Assembly: GCA_000146465.1 (NCBI GenBank)
Contig: CP001947.1
Length of the DNA stretch: 64,000 nucleotides
Direction: 5' to 3' (one strand)
The notes under the pieces were generated by a model, which ran no database searches, was not told where the DNA came from, and was given only the letters and a program-made list of their open reading frames with translations. The translations under genes were made by a program, and so were the position numbers. How positions within the stretch are numbered: position 1 is the stretch's first letter; each line of letters opens with the position of its first letter. Positions 58,773 through 64,000 of this stretch are shown here, one piece after another.

Positions 58773-60737
58773 TTATTTGAACAAACTTCTACTATTTGCA
58801 AATCTCGAAAATGCATTTGGAACCGACTGATCAGATTCTTCTTCCTTTTTCTGCAGTGTTGGGGGAATAGGAGGAGGATTGCTGGTTATGGATTGGAAGA
58901 TATTGGACGGAGAGAAGTTTCCGAATAGACCTCCGAACTGTGGAGAGCCTGTTTGGGAAATAGGCTGTCCAAAGATGCTGGAGTTTTGTATTGTCTGTGT
59001 GGAGGGGGGAAGATGGGTTTCTTTTGGTACCACCTCATTTGTAGCAAGGTCCTTAGGAGGTCTATCTTCTACCTTTTTGGGGAATGTGTCCCTTTGCTGC
59101 TGAGCCGGCTTTTCCTTCTTTTCTTCAATGTTATCCACAGGTCCTTGGTTAAGGCTAAAGTGATCCACAAAACTCCCTCCTAAGTCGTCATTCTCCAACT
59201 TCTTCTCTATGTAGTCAACATTTTCCAATGTCTTCTGAACTCTTGGAGATGTCATATCCAGTCTGTGCCCAACCCCTTCTACCTTCTCGATGCCGTAGAA
59301 CAAAGGCTTGGTGTAATGCACAACCCTCTTTCTTCGCCCCTTCGAAATTCCCTCTATGGAGCTATCAATAAATCTTATTGCATTTTTCACACTTTCCTCA
59401 TCAATCCCTTTGTATACTTCAAGGCTACTAAGCATCAAGGAAAGCTGTTCAGCCATTTCGTTTTCTATCGATTTGTACCTTTCAAGCCTCATGATATTTC
59501 CATATACTTGCTCGACAGACAATGACAGATCGTTTGCATTGTATTTGTACATCCGGAAGGTCTTCTTTTCAACCCGTATGCTTTGGAAGTCTCTGGAGAT
59601 CTCATCTATCTGAGAAGCAATGCTTTCAAGTAGTGCATCCACCCGGGAATCCCCCGTTGATTTTATGCAGGAGGTGGAGGCATCTTCTTGAGGCTTATTT
59701 TCTTCCTTTTCTATCGAAGTATTGTTTTCCTTGGCAGAGTCCAATAGACTATTTAGAGATGAAAACGTTGTCTTCTCCTTTTCTTCCTTCTTATCGAGTA
59801 GGACTGTGTCCTCTTCACCTATAATCTTCAGTCCTCCTTCTTTTGAAATAGTATATCTTTTTTCCGTGAAGTTGATGTCTCCTCCAACTTCTTTTTCGCT
59901 TTCTATTCCACACGTCTCGAACCTGCTCAAAACCCCATCCTCATCAATGAGATACACATACTCTCCAGAGTAGTCCATTCCCGTCAAATATCTGACATTG
60001 AACTCCTCGTCTGTCCTCAGTCCCAAAAGTTTGATTTCCTCTTCTAATTCCAATTCCTGAAGATCACTCCCAAGAAGTAAGAACTTCGAAGAGTTGCTGG
60101 ATCCCAATAGATTTACCCCATGAAGGTCACAGTGATAGTAGCACGGCTCTGAATTTCTATCGTAGTCTACATCTCCTCTATGAAGTATATTCTCAGTCTC
60201 ACTATTTCCAAGAATTAGACTCTTCTCTGTTACAACTATGATTCCATCTCCGCTGCAGCTTCTTAAAAGCTTCTTCACACCTTTGTAATCCTTGAACTTC
60301 TCGTCAACTCCAACTATAAAGTCCGGAAGGAGAAAGTCTTTCACATCCTCCCATCTCTTCACATACCTCCCATCTTTGAAAACATCCACACATCCATCTT
60401 CTGATAAAATCCCCAAGTACTCTCCCCATACTTCTCCCCTTTTTATCTTAGCTTCCATGCTTATCCTTTCAATGGCGGAATTGGAGAAGTTCAGAATGAT
60501 AATTTCGTTTTGCTTTGTCACAACAATCTTCTCCCCATCCTTGCTCAAGTAGATGACATCGTCCTCAAATCTTTTTTCGTTGAGAAACAATGTGCTACCA
60601 GACACAACTACTCTATAGCCTTTAACTACAAGAACTCTTGAATACTCCTTCGGCCCAGACTTCCCCCATCCTTTATCTCTTTCCTTCAATACAAAACTGA
60701 GTTTCCTCTCCATCTCTCTGGTTTCAATCCTTTTCAT
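58773..60737 (-). CDS. FG-repeat nucleoporin-like protein (N-terminal beta-rich domain, coiled-coil, C-terminal FG/SP-rich tail)
   Basis: The C-terminal 80 aa carry FG motifs ('IFGQPISQTGSPQFGGLFGNFSPSNIF') in a Pro/Ser/Gln-rich context. The central region is charged and coiled. Confidence 0.4.
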   Translation of the reverse strand: MKRIETREMERKLSFVLKERDKGWGKSGPKEYSRVLVVKGYRVVVSGSTLFLNEKRFEDDVIYLSKDGEKIVVTKQNEIIILNFSNSAIERISMEAKIKRGEVWGEYLGILSEDGCVDVFKDGRYVKRWEDVKDFLLPDFIVGVDEKFKDYKGVKKLLRSCSGDGIIVVTEKSLILGNSETENILHRGDVDYDRNSEPCYYHCDLHGVNLLGSSNSSKFLLLGSDLQELELEEEIKLLGLRTDEEFNVRYLTGMDYSGEYVYLIDEDGVLSRFETCGIESEKEVGGDINFTEKRYTISKEGGLKIIGEEDTVLLDKKEEKEKTTFSSLNSLLDSAKENNTSIEKEENKPQEDASTSCIKSTGDSRVDALLESIASQIDEISRDFQSIRVEKKTFRMYKYNANDLSLSVEQVYGNIMRLERYKSIENEMAEQLSLMLSSLEVYKGIDEESVKNAIRFIDSSIEGISKGRRKRVVHYTKPLFYGIEKVEGVGHRLDMTSPRVQKTLENVDYIEKKLENDDLGGSFVDHFSLNQGPVDNIEEKKEKPAQQQRDTFPKKVEDRPPKDLATNEVVPKETHLPPSTQTIQNSSIFGQPISQTGSPQFGGLFGNFSPSNIFQSITSNPPPIPPTLQKKEEESDQSVPNAFSRFANSRSLFK

Positions 60738-60843
60738 TTCAACACAATTCAGGCATTTCCACAGAAATATATTTTATCAGCGAAAACAGTATGGTAGGAA
60801 TTATTTATTCTTAGTTACATTGTCTACTTGATGAAGGCCTGCA

Positions 60844-61659
60844 CTAGTCACACCCAACCTTGTAGTCCAGGGCTGCAAGTGCTATTGCAAACGCCTGCAG
60901 TCCAGACCAGGGATATGTGTAGTCAAGTATGTACTTGAATCGTGAGATTTTTCCAAATGTCAGGGTTACATATGTGGGCTCGAGAGGATGTATAAGCTGG
61001 AAATTCTTCACAGAGGGTGTGGTGACCCGTCCATTGAAGTTTAGAGAGTAGCTGTTGGTTTCTGCATTGTAGTAGGGTTCCTTGTTCTTCATCACAACAG
61101 GCTCCTCTAGGGACGATCCCGACACCCCCATAAACATTACAGAAAATGATCTCGGGCCCCGTCTTTTGAATATAGATGTTGCATATTTGATCTCCAGGAC
61201 CGCTTTCTCTCCTTGGTGGAGAATATACTTTGTTCCAAACAGGTTAGACCTCAAGTATCCCACCTTCTCTTCATTCCCCAGGCCGAGAAGGTATATCTCA
61301 AATCCACACATGACTCTATAGGCCTTAAATAGCTTGTTAGGCCCATACTCGTGGCTTTCATAGAGATATTCATTGAAAAACCCATGGCAGACATCCACTC
61401 TTCCCCTAGATGTTCTACCAACAGGATATGGCTCGAGGACACTGGCAATCCTTTCCTCCAGAGCATGTCCATCATCCGCTACAATGTTTAGTTCCTCTGC
61501 TCCGCTGTCAGACATGTTATCCAAGTACTCGATAACTCTGTTTTCGCTTGGGGAGTACGAAAATTCATAGACCACCGGAGACAAGGAACACTGCTCTCCA
61601 TCTCCAGTGTCATGTGCATGGTCGATAGATACAGTCACATGTCTGCTTTCCCTCTCCAT
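60844..61659 (-). CDS. Tubby-like protein (Tubby C-terminal domain)
   Basis: Tubby signatures 'YLRSNLFGTKYILHQGEK' and the C-terminal 'SVKNFQLIHPLEPTYVTLTFGKISRFKYILDYTYPWSGLQAFAIALAALDYKVGCD'. Confidence 0.85.
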   Translation of the reverse strand: MERESRHVTVSIDHAHDTGDGEQCSLSPVVYEFSYSPSENRVIEYLDNMSDSGAEELNIVADDGHALEERIASVLEPYPVGRTSRGRVDVCHGFFNEYLYESHEYGPNKLFKAYRVMCGFEIYLLGLGNEEKVGYLRSNLFGTKYILHQGEKAVLEIKYATSIFKRRGPRSFSVMFMGVSGSSLEEPVVMKNKEPYYNAETNSYSLNFNGRVTTPSVKNFQLIHPLEPTYVTLTFGKISRFKYILDYTYPWSGLQAFAIALAALDYKVGCD

Positions 61660-62103
61660 TCAGAGATTTGCTGCCATCTTTGCTTATATCTCTGGCTTCT
61701 CCTGTAGTTTCAAGTCTATAAACCAATTACCTCCTGGGGAAACAAACCATTACAGAGGCAAGCTTTCCCACGCTGTCCCAAGCCAGAACTGAAACAAACA
61801 ATGTTCTATGCTTCCATTCATTACACAATCGAGAAATGCTTCAGAGTACACTTTCCGTTGTTATTACAGAGACCAGGGATAGAAAAGCATGCATGGCCTG
61901 CTCGCCTGCATTCTTGTGACAAATATCGAGGTGTTGTATGTATAAACCCCGACCACAACTTGACAGAAATAAGCTTAATTTCCGAAAGCAACTTTGGGAT
62001 CTCATTGGGTACTTGGAAGACAAATTAGTAAAAATGGAGGGAGAGATGTTCGATTAGTGCATTCCATATATCTTAAGACACTCTCGATGTGTGTTCCCAC
62101 GGC

Positions 62104-63273
62104 ATGAACTCATTGTTTGGAAGACTGAACAAAGTATTGAAGATGGATCTTAAGAAGGCATTTCAGTCCGGTTCCAGTAGTGAGGTGTTTGGCTTTCTTA
62201 ATAAGTATATGAGATTTGTCGAGGATGACAACGATTCCTACAGACACTTGTTTCTGGTTGGAGAAAATCCTTTGGTGGCACAAGAAGAAAATCAAGAGGA
62301 CATGAAGGAGTTTAACAAGAAATGCCTTGAGTTTCTTTCCAGAACAATAAGTAACAGTAAGAGGTCGCATCCCTATGACTCGACGCTGTCCGAGGCAGAG
62401 ACATACATGGGTCTTGGATACGAGTTCGGTCTGTTTGGGCTGCGAAAGAACGAAAGACTGGCCATAAGCTATTACTCGTCTGCAGCAAGGCAAAACCATC
62501 CTGTAGGGACATTCAGGATGGGGCATTGCCTTGAAAAGGGCATTGGAAAGCCTAGAAATCACAAGCATGCCTTGAACTTTTACAGATGCTCTGCAAAGTT
62601 AGGGTTTATTGTCGGGATGCATGCATACGGGTCTGTTCTAATCAACGGAGATATAGGAAGTAAGAAAGACCTGCAGAGCGGGCTGTTCTATTTAAAGCTT
62701 GCAGCAAGGAAGGCCTGCAAGGAATACCCATATCCATATTACGACTTGGCACAGATATACGAGTCAAGTACCGCTCCTAGTGAGATCCAAGCAGACGACG
62801 AGTATGCATTCAGACTGTATCTGAGAGGAGCAGAACTGGACTGCCCAAACTGCCAATACAGAGTGGCCAGATGCTGTGAGCTTGGGGAGCTAAAACAAGA
62901 AAAAAGCCTCCCCTTAGCGGTGGATTGGTACAGGAGGGCATCTCTCCTTGGCCAAGTCGATGCCCAAATGATATACTCAAGAATCCTATTCACCGGGATC
63001 GAAGGAGTGGTCCAAGCAAACCTAAAAGAATCGTTTTTCTGGGCACTGAAGGCTGCAGTGAGAGGCCACTCCCAAGCTGCATTTTCGGTGGCGGAGTTTG
63101 CAGAGACTGGATGCGGCATGCCCAAGAACACATTCCTGGCATTGTGGTGGTACACAATCTCCTATGAATCTGGAAATACCCAAGCAAAGTCAAGGCTTAT
63201 GATGCTCCAGCATCAAATAGAGATGAAGAACGAGGGGACTACTGAGCCAAGGTGCTGTGGATGCCTCTTCTAA
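62104..63273 (+). CDS. Sel1-like repeat protein (Skt5/Chs4- or Hrd3-like)
   Basis: At least five Sel1 repeats ('AISYYSSAARQNHPVGTFRMGHCLEKGIG', 'ALNFYRCSAKLGFIVGMHAYGSVL…', 'AVDWYRRASLLGQVDAQMIY', 'FFWALKAAVRGHSQAAFSVAEF…'). First ATG is at 62104; track start is GTG. Confidence 0.55.
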   Translation: MNSLFGRLNKVLKMDLKKAFQSGSSSEVFGFLNKYMRFVEDDNDSYRHLFLVGENPLVAQEENQEDMKEFNKKCLEFLSRTISNSKRSHPYDSTLSEAETYMGLGYEFGLFGLRKNERLAISYYSSAARQNHPVGTFRMGHCLEKGIGKPRNHKHALNFYRCSAKLGFIVGMHAYGSVLINGDIGSKKDLQSGLFYLKLAARKACKEYPYPYYDLAQIYESSTAPSEIQADDEYAFRLYLRGAELDCPNCQYRVARCCELGELKQEKSLPLAVDWYRRASLLGQVDAQMIYSRILFTGIEGVVQANLKESFFWALKAAVRGHSQAAFSVAEFAETGCGMPKNTFLALWWYTISYESGNTQAKSRLMMLQHQIEMKNEGTTEPRCCGCLF

Positions 63274-63383
63274 CTCTTTGTATGTTTTTCTCTGTTCCAG
63301 GAGTCCTAGAAATAGACTCTTGACAACAACAAATTTTATTAATTGAAATATTTTAAACATTGCACTTCTTCTGTGTCCTTCTT

Positions 63384-63851
63384 CTATCCGTAATGCTCTC
63401 CTCGTTTTATTCCCTCTATTTCGTAGAGGAGTACGTATTCGTCATCCCTATAGTTGTTTGGAATAAAACTAAACTTGAAGCTATAGTTACAGGTAAACAT
63501 GTCGTTATGGATTTTTTCCATTTCCTTGTGAAGCTTCAAGAATTCACTGTACTTCACATATATCCTGAGCCTCCTGAACCGATGGTAATCCAGAATTTTT
63601 CGGATGTAGTGCACCAGGTTCTCCAGGTCGTGTGAAATCTCAATCCTTAGAATCTCGTTGTTCTCGGGACACTGGTTTCCAGGCTTTGTGTAGCACAGGC
63701 GGTATTTCATCTTCTCGCCAGGTATCAATGGATGGGACATATACACTATCTTCTTATATTCCTCACGGCTTCCAGAAGGAAGTGTGCTTGTCTGGTTTTG
63801 TGAAAACCTTTTCATCCCCTTTGCACGGGAGTTTTCCAGTTCCTTGCACAT
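63384..63851 (-). CDS. hypothetical protein
   Basis: 155 aa from the first ATG (track start 63878 is GTG). No recognisable domain. Confidence 0.3.
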   Translation of the reverse strand: MCKELENSRAKGMKRFSQNQTSTLPSGSREEYKKIVYMSHPLIPGEKMKYRLCYTKPGNQCPENNEILRIEISHDLENLVHYIRKILDYHRFRRLRIYVKYSEFLKLHKEMEKIHNDMFTCNYSFKFSFIPNNYRDDEYVLLYEIEGIKRGEHYG

Positions 63852-64000
63852 CGGGGTGGTGTGTCCAACACAAATCACTTAAACAATTCTAAACAATTTA
63901 TTTCCTGCCCACATCCAAAGAGATTTCCAGAGGTTTTGTTATTTACCAGACTTGCCGCTAATTGCCCAGAGGAAGACAAACTGCTGCATCGTAGTTAGAA

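Noticed and set aside
62089-63273. C-terminal '…CCGCLF' of the Sel1-repeat protein as a CaaX prenylation box (Skt5/Chs4 has one)
   Set aside because: The Cys is not at the -4 position (…G-C-L-F), so it is not a canonical CaaX. Only the Sel1-repeat call is retained.
1-64000. Prokaryotic-style defence/CRISPR/operon systems, transposons, rDNA, introns
   Set aside because: Gene content is eukaryotic and no direct repeat arrays, inverted-repeat-flanked elements or rRNA-like stretches were seen. All recognised genes are colinear with homologues without needing splicing. Ribosomal-protein genes, where microsporidian introns concentrate, are absent from the window.

Overview
This 64 kb window does not look prokaryotic. 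It looks like a very compact, intron-poor eukaryotic nuclear genome segment of microsporidian (Encephalitozoon-like) type. About 53 contiguous protein-coding ORFs sit on both strands with 0-400 bp spacers and roughly 85-90% coding density. I found one tRNA-Gly(GCC). I found no rRNA, no transposons, no CRISPR array and no introns. GC content by eye is about 40%.

The lineage call rests on a tandem pair of secreted, signal-peptide-bearing proteins that match polar tube proteins PTP1 and PTP2. PTP1 (371 aa) is P/G/S/T/Q-rich and ends in a Cys-rich tail. PTP2 (275 aa) is a basic, Lys-rich protein with 8 Cys. A leucyl-tRNA synthetase lies immediately downstream, as I recall for Encephalitozoon chromosome VI. 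The 371/275 aa lengths and about 40% GC match my recollection of E. intestinalis. I could not verify that here.

Other confidently recognised housekeeping genes:
- transketolase
- XPD/Rad3 helicase
- eIF2-beta
- V-ATPase proteolipid c
- ABCG-type ABC transporter
- queuine tRNA-ribosyltransferase
- Rpb10
- Pin1/Ess1
- MCM5
- Bud32 kinase
- Bms1 GTPase
- dUTPase
- tRNase Z
- NAT acetyltransferase
- mevalonate-PP decarboxylase
- a homeobox protein
- CCT-zeta
- a Tubby-domain protein
- an ADAM-like metalloprotease/disintegrin

Many ORF-track 'M' starts are actually TTG or GTG codons. Where that was the case I moved the start to the first in-frame ATG.

I see no evidence for a novel multi-gene system in the prokaryotic sense. 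The most interesting points are the PTP locus and its unusually long AT-rich spacer, a candidate Lso2/CCDC124 ribosome-hibernation factor, abutting or overlapping divergent start codons, G-homopolymers inside the ABC transporter tail, and an 870 bp apparently gene-less left edge.
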